In this document: positions 26,883 to 35,021 of the stretch, piece after piece | How positions within the stretch are numbered: position 1 is the stretch's first letter | Layout: every line of letters begins with the position of its first letter | Assembly (NCBI GenBank): GCA_013425375.1 | Contig: JACCLH010000009.1 | Coordinates: 1 to 44,810 of the forward strand | DNA length: 44,810 nucleotides | DNA from: Candidatus Micrarchaeota archaeon | Lineage (GTDB): Archaea > Micrarchaeota > Micrarchaeia > Anstonellales > Bilamarchaeaceae | Direction: 5' to 3' | The notes under the pieces: generated by a model | The model's database searches: none | Told to the model about the DNA's origin: nothing | What the model saw: the letters and a program-made list of their open reading frames with translations, nothing else | Program-made: the position numbers and the translations under genes

Positions 26883-27723
26883 GCTTGAAGACATAAACTC
26901 GTTGAAGTCCATGGCCAATACCATCCGCCAGGACATCATCCGCATGCTTGTGGAATCGAAGAGCGGTCATCCTGCTGGCTCACTAGGCCTAGCCGACATC
27001 TTCACCTCATTATATTTCAATATCCTGAAGCACGACCCGAAGAAGCCCCATTGGGAGGACCGCGACCGCCTTGTCCTTTCCAACGGCCACGTCTGCCCGG
27101 TCCTCTACGCTTCTCTTGCGAATGCAGGCTATTTCCCGAAAGAGCAGCTCATGACCCTACGCAAGCTCGGCTCACCATTGCAGGGCCACCCGCACAAAGG
27201 TTCCCTGCCCGGGATAGAAAACTCTTCAGGCCCGCTCGGCCAGGGGATATCCATGGCCGTCGGCATGGCGCTCGTGGGCAAGCGTGAAGGCAGGAAATGG
27301 CGCGTTTATGCAATCACAGGGGATGGAGAGCACAACGAAGGCCAGGTCTGGGAAGCGCTGCTCCTCGCATACAAGTACAAACTTGACAATCTGGTTGTGG
27401 TCGTAGACCGCAACAGCATCCAGATAGACGGCACCACCGAAGATGTCCTTCCGCTGGAGCCATTCTCTGACAAATACCGCGCATTCGGATGGAACGTCAT
27501 AGAAGTGGACGGCAATGACATGAGATTGGTGGTCGACGCGTTCAATTCCATTCCCGCCAATGAAAAACCCACAGCCATAATCGCTGATACGGTGCCTGGT
27601 AAGGGCGTCTCATTCATGGAAGGGCAATACGGCTGGCATGGCAAGGCCCCGAACAAGGATGAAAGCGAGAAGGCCATCGCGGAACTGCTGGTTGCAAGGA
27701 AGGCCATGGAGGAATCACCATGA
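26875..27723 (+). CDS. Transketolase, N-terminal (thiamine diphosphate-binding) subunit
   Basis: Start trimmed to ATG 26875 (MHKLEDINSLKSMANTIR), which overlaps the rpe stop within ATGCATAA. Motifs SGHPAGSLG, LSNGHVCPVLYA and GDGEHNEGQVWEA. Confidence 0.93.
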   Translation: MHKLEDINSLKSMANTIRQDIIRMLVESKSGHPAGSLGLADIFTSLYFNILKHDPKKPHWEDRDRLVLSNGHVCPVLYASLANAGYFPKEQLMTLRKLGSPLQGHPHKGSLPGIENSSGPLGQGISMAVGMALVGKREGRKWRVYAITGDGEHNEGQVWEALLLAYKYKLDNLVVVVDRNSIQIDGTTEDVLPLEPFSDKYRAFGWNVIEVDGNDMRLVVDAFNSIPANEKPTAIIADTVPGKGVSFMEGQYGWHGKAPNKDESEKAIAELLVARKAMEESP

Positions 27724-28772
27724 CAGATATGCACCTTGTCCCAGACCTGTTCGGAGCTGCGATAACCAAGAAGGCCAGCCGTGATGGTTTCGGAAAAGCG
27801 TTGCTTGAGCTTGGCGAGAAAGACCCCAACATCTGGGCAGTCTCTGCAGACGTTTCAGAGTCCACACGCACGCACTGGTTCGCAGAGAAGTTCCCGCAAA
27901 GGTTCGTGCAGGTCGGTGTCGCAGAGCAGAACATGGCCGGCGTGGCTGCAGGCATAGCCTCCTGCGGCAAGCTGGCATTCATATCAGCTTTCGGCGCATT
28001 CTCGCCCGGCAGGAATTTCGATCAGATACGCGTCTCTGTATGCTACAATGATTCCAATGTCAAGATACATGCATCTCATGCAGGCCTGAGCGTAGGTCCT
28101 GACGGTGCTTCGCACCAGATGCTTGAGGATATAGCCATGATGCGCTCCCTTCCGAACATGATGGTGATTGTTCCTTGCGATATGGAGGAAGCGAAGAAAG
28201 CGACACTCGAAACCGCAAAACACAAAACCCCGGCATATATCCGCACCTCCCGCGAGAACTCGCCCGTATTCACCACACCACAAACTCCGTTCGAGCTCGG
28301 AAAGGCGAACGTTTACAGGGACGGGAAGGATGTCGCCATATTCGCATGCGGATTGCAGGTCTATGAGGCGTTGAAGGCCGCTGAAGAACTCAAGAAGAAA
28401 GGGATTGATGCGGCAGTCATAGACATGCACACGATAAAGCCGATAGACAGCACCATTATCACCCAATACGCGAGAAAGTGTGGTGTTGTTGTTTCGGTAG
28501 AGGACCACCAGATAATTGGGGGGTTAGGAAGCGCGATAGCAGAAGTTTTATGTGAGAAATGCCCGACTCATCTAGTTCGGGTCGGTATGAAGGATTCTTT
28601 CGGCGAGTCTGGGAGTGCTTTTGATTTGTTCAAGAAGTACGGACTTGATGCTGCTGGGATAGTGAAAGCGGCTGAAGAAGCCGTGAAAATGAAAGCTGGG
28701 GGATTTGGATTGTTTAAAGGAAGTTTGGGAAGATTCTCGAAAGAAGATGAACTGCATCTTGATATTGAATGA
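27720..28772 (+). CDS. Transketolase, C-terminal (pyrimidine-binding/C-terminal domain) subunit
   Basis: ATGA overlap with the N-terminal subunit gene. FGKALLELG, FVQVGVAEQNMAGVAAGIA and HTIKPID motifs. The last ~30 codons are AT-rich and extend beyond the usual subunit length. Confidence 0.93.
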   Translation: MTDMHLVPDLFGAAITKKASRDGFGKALLELGEKDPNIWAVSADVSESTRTHWFAEKFPQRFVQVGVAEQNMAGVAAGIASCGKLAFISAFGAFSPGRNFDQIRVSVCYNDSNVKIHASHAGLSVGPDGASHQMLEDIAMMRSLPNMMVIVPCDMEEAKKATLETAKHKTPAYIRTSRENSPVFTTPQTPFELGKANVYRDGKDVAIFACGLQVYEALKAAEELKKKGIDAAVIDMHTIKPIDSTIITQYARKCGVVVSVEDHQIIGGLGSAIAEVLCEKCPTHLVRVGMKDSFGESGSAFDLFKKYGLDAAGIVKAAEEAVKMKAGGFGLFKGSLGRFSKEDELHLDIE

Positions 28773-28783
28773 AAGGTGATGTT

Positions 28784-28840
28784 ATGAAATTCTTCATGGA
28801 CACAATGGATGTTGGAACTGTGAAGATTAAGGAGGGATGA
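28784..28840 (+). other. 18-codon relic copy of the transaldolase 5-prime end (mini-ORF MKFFMDTMDVGTVKIKEG)
   Basis: 28776-28812 matches 29205-29241 at 33 of 37 positions, including an uninterrupted 19-mer GTGATGTTATGAAATTCTT. Its stop TGA (28838-28840) lies 1 nt before ATG 28842. Confidence 0.55.
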
Positions 28841-28841
28841 T

Positions 28842-29189
28842 ATGGCACTGCCAGATTTATGCTATGCTTCGAGGGAATTCGCCCTTAGAACCTCCATCAT
28901 TATATTCGTTCTGGCCGTACTCATTTTCGTTTATTCCTGGCTTCTCTCAAAAATTAAAAAAGATAAAAATGCCATAAAGAAAAACACACTTTTAATGTCC
29001 GCTCTGGTTATCCTATCTCTGCTATTCTTCATCCTTTTCTATCTGGCGGCGCCTTACATTGAGGCAGGACTTCTAGGCGTCTCTGTCGAATCCCGAATAG
29101 AAGTGTGCAGCCATCCCACAGTAATCCCGCCCTCCTGCAGCGAGCAATGCCCAATAGCCTCAGAGAACTGTACCTGTATTCAATATTAA
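28842..29189 (+). CDS. Small AT-rich membrane protein with a Cys-rich C-terminal tail (orphan)
   Basis: 115 aa with two hydrophobic spans ([39 protein letters not shown]), then [27 protein letters not shown]. It sits between the two tal-start copies. Confidence 0.5.
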   Translation: MALPDLCYASREFALRTSIIIFVLAVLIFVYSWLLSKIKKDKNAIKKNTLLMSALVILSLLFFILFYLAAPYIEAGLLGVSVESRIEVCSHPTVIPPSCSEQCPIASENCTCIQY

Positions 29190-29212
29190 TCCTACCAACC
29201 AGATGTGATGTT

Positions 29213-29857
29213 ATGAAATTCTTTATGGACACGGCGGATGTGGAATCGATAAGGAAGGCAGTGGACTTGGGTCTGTGCGATGGGGTTACAACTAATCCCA
29301 GCCTCATCATGAAGTCCGGCAAGGACCAGAAGACAGTCATCAAGGAAATCGCCAAAATCGTCAAAGGCCCCATCTCAGTTGAAGGCGTGGCCGAGGATGC
29401 CGCAGGCATGGTCAAGGAAGGCGAGGAGTTTGCCAAATGGGCTCCGAATGTCGTTGTCAAAATCCCTATGACCCGGGAAGGCATGCGAGCCGTCCGCATG
29501 CTCTCGGAAAAGGACATCAAGACCAATGTAACCCTTGTTTTCTCAGCCAGCCAAGCCCTTCTGGCAGCAAAAGCAGGGGCCACCTATGTCTCGCCATTCG
29601 TGGGCAGATTGGACGACGTCTCGCAGGATGGCATGGCTCTGATAGAAGAGATTATGGACATCTTCACGAATTATGAAATCAAGACAGAAGTGATAGTCGC
29701 CTCCACCCGCCACCCAATCCATGTGGTGCAATCAGCCCGACTGGGAGCCCACATCGCCACAATGCCCGCAGAGGTCTTCGAGAAGATGTTCAGGCACCCG
29801 CTCACCGACAAAGGCATAGCCCAATTTAAAGAGGATTATGCAAAGTCAAAGAAGTAG
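29213..29857 (+). CDS. tal: Transaldolase / fructose-6-phosphate aldolase (short, type 3B)
   Basis: Start trimmed to ATG 29213: [31 protein letters not shown], the Schiff-base Lys region VVVKIPMT, and [30 protein letters not shown]. Confidence 0.93.
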   Translation: MKFFMDTADVESIRKAVDLGLCDGVTTNPSLIMKSGKDQKTVIKEIAKIVKGPISVEGVAEDAAGMVKEGEEFAKWAPNVVVKIPMTREGMRAVRMLSEKDIKTNVTLVFSASQALLAAKAGATYVSPFVGRLDDVSQDGMALIEEIMDIFTNYEIKTEVIVASTRHPIHVVQSARLGAHIATMPAEVFEKMFRHPLTDKGIAQFKEDYAKSKK

Positions 29858-29874
29858 TTCGAGGTGGGGTTTAT

Positions 29875-30273
29875 ATGAAAGAAGCTATTCCGCTCACTTG
29901 GAGAAGGATACCTGAGCGCTACAGGATGCTCGGCGTCAGGTGCGAGACCTGCAAGACGCCATACTTCCCGAAGCGCTCCATATGCCCGAAATGCAGGCGC
30001 AAGGGCAAGCTCATCGAAGTCCAGTTCTCAGGCAATGGCAAGGTATTCTCATTCACAGAGGTCACCGCACCTCCAGAGGGCTTTGAGGACCAGGTCCCCT
30101 ACATCCTGGCTGTCATAGAGCTGGACGAGGGCGCAAGGCTCACTGGCCAGATTGTGGATGCCCACAAGAGCGATGTGAAAATCGGTTCCAGGGTGGAGCA
30201 GGTGTTCCGCGTCATCCAGCGCGACGACCCTGAAGGCCTGGTCCACTACGGCTTCAAATTCAGACTGTGTTGA
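29875..30273 (+). CDS. DUF35 Zn-ribbon/OB-fold protein (thiolase/HMG-CoA synthase complex scaffold family)
   Basis: 132 aa. C.TC.....P....CP.C zinc ribbon (CETCKTPYFPKRSICPKC) followed by an OB-fold segment (GKVFSFTEV...YILAVIELDEGARLTGQIV). Confidence 0.85.
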   Translation: MKEAIPLTWRRIPERYRMLGVRCETCKTPYFPKRSICPKCRRKGKLIEVQFSGNGKVFSFTEVTAPPEGFEDQVPYILAVIELDEGARLTGQIVDAHKSDVKIGSRVEQVFRVIQRDDPEGLVHYGFKFRLC

Positions 30274-30274
30274 C

Positions 30275-31039
30275 ATGGCCCCGGTGGATGTCGTTGCTTT
30301 CAGTCTTCTTTTCCCCATGGCCGCAGCTCTAACCGGCGTCTACCTGATTCTACGTGGGGCAGGTCGTTTCACCAAATCCAGGCACTCCATCATCTGCGGT
30401 AAGGTGAAGTACAAAAAAACAGTGAAAAGCCTGGCCACAGGCCGCGACTGCGCTTTTTTCTACACTCTGATAGAATCCTACAGTAGAGGCCGTTGGCATC
30501 CAATCTACTTTATCAAGCAGGAAACGTCTTTCATGCTCGGCAGCAGACCTGTGGAAGAAGGGGTCGCATATCTTAATCTATCAAAACCAACCATCATCCA
30601 TGGGACCATTCCTCACGAAAAGAAACTTGTTGAAAAGTCCATGGAATCGCTCCAAAACAGTATCGCCTACCGCCCTGTTTCAGCCGCTCTTTCCATATTG
30701 GGCCGCAATGAGCCTGTTTATCAACCTCTGGACATTTCGATAATGGGCAGGTTGCAGAGCAATCCTAGAATAAAAGCCGTGCTCAAACACCACAATGCCA
30801 GGCTCCTCAGGATAACCGAGCATGTCCTCAGTGAAGGCATGGAAATCTGCGCCATCGCAGAGGCTGGGGACACCGGTCCCATCAAAGGCACAACAGAATT
30901 CCCGCTTATTCTCTCTGACATGAAACCAGAGGATGCTGTAGATTCCCTGAAAGAGCGAAGCTTGCTGAGCATCTTCTCAGGCGGAGCCCTCCTAATAATC
31001 TCAGCGCTGCTCCTTGCTTCCCTTATTTTCCAGGTCTAG
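30275..31039 (+). CDS. Hypothetical membrane protein (TM - ~200-aa domain - TM), possibly GIDE-like
   Basis: 254 aa with N-terminal and C-terminal hydrophobic helices. ICGKVKYKKTVKSLATGRDCAFFYTLIES resembles the start of GIDE domains. Weak call. Confidence 0.5.
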   Translation: MAPVDVVAFSLLFPMAAALTGVYLILRGAGRFTKSRHSIICGKVKYKKTVKSLATGRDCAFFYTLIESYSRGRWHPIYFIKQETSFMLGSRPVEEGVAYLNLSKPTIIHGTIPHEKKLVEKSMESLQNSIAYRPVSAALSILGRNEPVYQPLDISIMGRLQSNPRIKAVLKHHNARLLRITEHVLSEGMEICAIAEAGDTGPIKGTTEFPLILSDMKPEDAVDSLKERSLLSIFSGGALLIISALLLASLIFQV

Positions 31040-31450
31040 CTTTCGCATCCATTCCGCGTTCCTACTAAGTTTCTGCCGTTTCGCGTCTTCCAGCGAAAGC
31101 CACCTGAATCCCGAGAACTCTGCAGAAGGTTTCGCGGTCCGGTTCTTGGCTGTCACCTTGAAAACAAGCACCGGCACCCAGTTCTTCCTCCTCCTGAATC
31201 CTGCATTATGCCTTCCCTCAAGGACTATTTCATGGAACTCGCCATCTATGCCTGTCATCCTTTGGAAAGCCTCTTTTATATCTGCGAAAGGGCTTCGTCC
31301 AGATGGTACGAGCACAGAGGGCATTTCAATGCGTTCAATCCCGTTCGCGTCCTTCCGCACCAGGAACAGCATCCGTCCGCCATCCTCAAGCATGGCGCAT
31401 GCCAGCGCCTTGGGCAATGGCGTTCCGGTCGGAATCTTCCTTCTGCCCAT
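31001..31450 (-). CDS. NUDIX-fold protein with a degenerate Nudix box
   Basis: 149 aa. ACAMLEDGGRMLFLVRKD...PSGRSPFADIKEAFQRMTGI occupies the position of G.5E.7REUXEEXGU, but the catalytic REXXEE glutamates are largely replaced. Confidence 0.5.
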   Translation of the reverse strand: MGRRKIPTGTPLPKALACAMLEDGGRMLFLVRKDANGIERIEMPSVLVPSGRSPFADIKEAFQRMTGIDGEFHEIVLEGRHNAGFRRRKNWVPVLVFKVTAKNRTAKPSAEFSGFRWLSLEDAKRQKLSRNAEWMRKLDLENKGSKEQR

Positions 31451-31454
31451 GGCT

Positions 31455-31910
31455 TCACTCCTTAGTGATGTTCCGGAAGGCTATCATGCTTTCGGTCTGC
31501 GCTATTTCGTCGAAAGTGCGCAGGTATTTCAAAACAAACTGGTCCAGGTCGTCGATATCAGCGACCCTCACCTTTATCATGATGTCGAATGGGCCAGTTA
31601 TCGCTGAGCCGTCCTCTACTTCAGCATGCTTCATCAGTTTCTCTAGAAGTGCGATATGATCGCTTTTCGGTGCCGCCTTTATCAGCACGTGCGCGACAAG
31701 TCTTTTCCCAAGCTTTGCCTTATCGATGATAATGGTGTATCTCCTGATTATGCCCTCTCTTTTCAGCCGCTTGAGCCTGTGATGGACAGTCGCTATGGGT
31801 ATGCTGGTCTTGCGGGCGATTTTCTGAATAGAGAGCGAAGAATCCTCTTTCAGCGTTTCGAGTATCGCCAGGTCTTTCTCGTCTATATTTTTCTCACTTA
31901 TTTCAACCAT
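31455..31910 (-). CDS. Lrp/AsnC-family transcriptional regulator
   Basis: 151 aa. HTH DLAILETLKEDSSLSIQKIARKTSIPIATVHHRLKRLKREGII followed by a RAM-domain pattern. Confidence 0.9.
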   Translation of the reverse strand: MVEISEKNIDEKDLAILETLKEDSSLSIQKIARKTSIPIATVHHRLKRLKREGIIRRYTIIIDKAKLGKRLVAHVLIKAAPKSDHIALLEKLMKHAEVEDGSAITGPFDIMIKVRVADIDDLDQFVLKYLRTFDEIAQTESMIAFRNITKE

Positions 31911-31911
31911 G

Positions 31912-31927
31912 TTGAATGCTTATTCAA
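31912..31927. promoter_or_regulatory. Inverted repeat TTGAAT-GCTT-ATTCAA directly upstream of the Lrp start codon (candidate autoregulatory operator)
   Basis: Perfect 6-bp arms with a 4-bp spacer, lying between a TTTTTAA TATA-like box and the ATG of the Lrp gene, in the divergent region shared with the 32039 operon. Confidence 0.4.
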
Positions 31928-32038
31928 TAAACCTTAAAAATGTGGCTATTTTTTGTACAAATAGGTGGGTTTCAATGGAATAGGTTTATATATCTCTCTT
32001 TCGCGGCTATGCCTCACGAACCATATGAGGTGATAGAC

Positions 32039-32377
32039 ATGGAACCGAAAATGAAAGTGCGGCCGTTTGTTGACGGCAGGATAGGAAGGATACCGCAGGG
32101 TCTCGTGCGCCTGTTCAGGCGCCTCAAGGAGCGGGAGCTGTTCGACCGATGGCAGAGCTCCAAGACAAAAAAAGACGAGACTGTGGGCAAGAAGGCAGAG
32201 CTTGAGCTCAGGCGCAAAACAGAGGGGGACAAAGACTACCAGTTTGTCCGGAAGGAACGGCGCGAAGAGCGCGAGCGCATCAGGCTAGCTGAAAGATTCC
32301 GCAGATTCCTGGAAACCTACTTCCAGAAGAGCGCATTGCAGCTTGAGGGCATATTGAAAGGAAGTGGGGGCACATGA
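32039..32377 (+). CDS. Hypothetical highly charged (K/R/E-rich) small protein
   Basis: Start trimmed to ATG 32039, preceded by GAGGTGAT. TATA-like TTTATATAT lies at 31986-31994. No family recognised. Confidence 0.5.
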   Translation: MEPKMKVRPFVDGRIGRIPQGLVRLFRRLKERELFDRWQSSKTKKDETVGKKAELELRRKTEGDKDYQFVRKERREERERIRLAERFRRFLETYFQKSALQLEGILKGSGGT

Positions 32378-33324
32378 AAATCCGCCATAATCAGGCACCC
32401 AGCCACTCTCAACCGAAAGATCGCTTCCGCTCAGCGTGCACAGTGATGTTCGACACCATCACGATGCCTTCCGCCGCCAAGACCTTACAGCTTTATGGCC
32501 TCGATAAGGTTCATGGCCCAACCAAGAAGCTATGCGACAGGAGCGAAGCCTTTGTGAAGTCGCATGGCTGTCCCGGCATGCTCATAGGTGCATTCGGATG
32601 GGTGCCAATAAAGTTCGATTTGGCCCAGCTCGGAGCGTATCTCTCGAGCAAGCTTGCGGCGCGAGGCGTAGGAGATCTGTTGTCAGACGCCATCGGCTAC
32701 ACGATTGCATGCGTACATCCGTCCATCATGTCGCTCGCAGTCAAGAAACTGGTAGGCGTAAAGGACAGCGGCATCGGGATTCCAAGGTACCTAGAAGCCG
32801 CGGCGGTAGCCGAAATCCCAGCTTTACTGGTGTTCATCACGACGTTCAGCGCAGTGGTACACTCAGGCGTTTCACCACTCGTCAGCATGGGAAGAGCTGT
32901 TTGTGCCGCAGTGGCTTCCACTCTGCTGGCTTCTTCGATATGGCCTTTTGTTTTTGCCCCATACTGGGCCAAGTACGTGCGTGCTGAGAGCTCGGCCAGT
33001 GTGTTTGATGCGCTCAAAGAATTCGGCAGAGGCTGGGTTTCGGGCATTACGCCATGGAAACGCAAAACCACTGAAACCGCTTATGAGGAGGCAGGAGCGA
33101 TAACCGGCACGGGCTTCTTCATATTTGTCATCCCATGGTGTATCGTCAGGACAATCTCCGCGGCATCCGTAGCCTTGGTCGGCACATCACAAGAAGACTT
33201 CAGCCGCACGTTCTTCTCGGCCATGGCCGGCCTCGAATGGCTGGGTGTCCTCCTTTCCAGTGTGGAGCTCTCGATAGTGGAAGGGATAATAAAAAGGCGG
33301 AATGGGGAGGCCAGTCCTCCCTAG
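32374..33324 (+). CDS. Hypothetical polytopic membrane protein
   Basis: 316 aa with an ATGA overlap on the preceding ORF. Several A/G/S/V-rich hydrophobic spans. No family recognised. Confidence 0.6.
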   Translation: MKIRHNQAPSHSQPKDRFRSACTVMFDTITMPSAAKTLQLYGLDKVHGPTKKLCDRSEAFVKSHGCPGMLIGAFGWVPIKFDLAQLGAYLSSKLAARGVGDLLSDAIGYTIACVHPSIMSLAVKKLVGVKDSGIGIPRYLEAAAVAEIPALLVFITTFSAVVHSGVSPLVSMGRAVCAAVASTLLASSIWPFVFAPYWAKYVRAESSASVFDALKEFGRGWVSGITPWKRKTTETAYEEAGAITGTGFFIFVIPWCIVRTISAASVALVGTSQEDFSRTFFSAMAGLEWLGVLLSSVELSIVEGIIKRRNGEASPP

Positions 33325-33326
33325 TT

Positions 33327-34475
33327 TCACTCGTAAGTCCTTTCCCACATCTCAGTCGCGAGTTTCCCGTTCCTGGTGTAACGCTCGACCAGCTTCTCAG
33401 CTTTCTTCCTTTTTTCCCGGTGCTCTTTCAAAAATGCGTTAATGCACTCGATCAAAATTGCCTTCAACTCGCCCGTGAGAAGCTTGCCAGAACGGTAATC
33501 GTCGTGTATTTTTTTGAGTTTCGAGTCATCTGGCTCGAAAAGTATGTTCAGCCATTGGTACGGGACATCCACATCAGGGTTGCCGCCCAACTTCCTGTGC
33601 TCCTCCACGGTCGCCTGGCCGCCCGAGAAAGCATACTTGCTTATCTTGTTCTTCACCATCTTCTCGTCATCGTTCAATAATATAGCAGTTTCCTGGCCCC
33701 CGCTTGAGCTCATCTTGCCTGTGATACCCTGCAGCGGCGGTAGGAATCTGCTGTGAATAGCTGATGTCTTGTAGTAGCCGAGAGTCTCCGCGACGTCCCT
33801 CTGTATGCGCCAGAATGGGTCCTGGTCTATGGCGCAGGGGATGAGGCAGCGCTTTTTCTCGAAAAACGTTGGTATGACCTGGTATGCTGGATAGAACTGC
33901 ATTCCGATATTGGTCGAATCGTCGAATCCGAAGACTGCCTTGGCCGTGGAGCCTGTTATCTTCCGTGCTGTCTTCATGAGGAGCGGATAGACATTCCTCA
34001 CATATACGCTGTCCTTGAAGATGAATGTGCGCTCAGGGTCGAATCCCACAGCAGCGATGTCCAGGATATTATCATCCGCATTCTTCTGTATCTCGGCCCA
34101 TTCATACTCGCGCTTATTGAGGAATTTCTCGTCATCGGTTACTTCGATATACAGGTTGGTTTTGAAAACGTCTTGGAGCCATTTGGTGAATATCAGGGGC
34201 ACCAGATGCCCGATGTGCATGGCCTTGCTCGGCCCGCGTCCTGTATAAAGGAAGAATCCCTTACCCTTCTCATAATCATCCAGAACAAGGTTGAGGTCCC
34301 GATGGGAGAAGAAGAAATCCCTTTTCAGCATGTGATGCGGCTCGTCGCCTCCGCACAGCCTTACCATCCTCTCCCTCAAGGCACCGTCTATCTTGGTCGT
34401 GCCGAACTGCCTGATGAGCTTGTCGTAATCCACCCGTCCTGAGACCTCCCAGGGTGTGACCTTGAATTCTTCCAT
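33327..34475 (-). CDS. trpS: Tryptophan--tRNA ligase (archaeal/eukaryotic type)
   Basis: 382 aa. TPWEVSG.VDYDKLI.QFG, FFLYTGRGPS.AMHIGHL (HIGH-type motif), and KMSSS. Confidence 0.95.
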   Translation of the reverse strand: MEEFKVTPWEVSGRVDYDKLIRQFGTTKIDGALRERMVRLCGGDEPHHMLKRDFFFSHRDLNLVLDDYEKGKGFFLYTGRGPSKAMHIGHLVPLIFTKWLQDVFKTNLYIEVTDDEKFLNKREYEWAEIQKNADDNILDIAAVGFDPERTFIFKDSVYVRNVYPLLMKTARKITGSTAKAVFGFDDSTNIGMQFYPAYQVIPTFFEKKRCLIPCAIDQDPFWRIQRDVAETLGYYKTSAIHSRFLPPLQGITGKMSSSGGQETAILLNDDEKMVKNKISKYAFSGGQATVEEHRKLGGNPDVDVPYQWLNILFEPDDSKLKKIHDDYRSGKLLTGELKAILIECINAFLKEHREKRKKAEKLVERYTRNGKLATEMWERTYE

Positions 34476-34523
34476 AATTGTTAAACTGCGCTAAGGGATA
34501 AAATACTGCCTCTCCGGAGCGCG

Positions 34524-34952
34524 TTACAATAATGCAAGCCCAATGATGAAAGATACGGCATTGCAGATGAAGCTCGCAATCAGCGCTTTCTCGATCGTCA
34601 TGCCTTTGAAAGCCAGCTTATAGAAACCCGCTTCCACGAGCACCGCGAATCCCTCGGCCATCGCGGTCTTGATTGTCCACGGCAGTCCCAACCCACCAAA
34701 AACAAACCACACGAAAGGAAGCGTCAGCGAGCTCGCTATCAAGGCATTACGTGCGATAGTCATCGTTCCGTATTCTTTCCGCAGAATAAGGAACAGCACT
34801 ATGGCTTCTATGGCGATTGTGAGGATTAATGCCACCACGAAATCGACAAAGGGGTCCGCTGCGCAAACACCAGGCGGGCAAGGAATATCAGCATAAGCCA
34901 TGGGCAGAATCAGCAGAACCATGACCAGTATCGCACCTATGCAAGGTCTCAT
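34524..34952 (-). CDS. Small polytopic membrane protein with a signal peptide and a CPPGVC motif
   Basis: 142 aa. Leader MRPCIGAILVMVLLILPMAYA, then DIPCPPGVCAADP and four hydrophobic spans with embedded Glu (IAIEAIV, AEGFAVLVEAGFY). Confidence 0.65.
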   Translation of the reverse strand: MRPCIGAILVMVLLILPMAYADIPCPPGVCAADPFVDFVVALILTIAIEAIVLFLILRKEYGTMTIARNALIASSLTLPFVWFVFGGLGLPWTIKTAMAEGFAVLVEAGFYKLAFKGMTIEKALIASFICNAVSFIIGLALL

Positions 34953-35021
34953 GGCAGATACTCAGCTCAAAAAATTAAGTGGATTGCGGTTTGTTGCGGT
35001 TCCGCCCGAATGCGTATGGCA

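Noticed and set aside
26481-26970. Several 65-154-aa ORFs in multiple frames across the rpe-tkt junction
   Set aside because: They are a consequence of the stop-poor low-complexity stretch. None has a start context, and all overlap the well-supported rpe and tkt reading frames.
29105-29212. 36-codon N-terminal extension of the transaldolase ORF (MQPSHSNP...)
   Set aside because: It overlaps the end of the 115-aa ORF. Transaldolases of this class start at MKFFMDTA, and that start with its upstream sequence is the unit duplicated at 28776.
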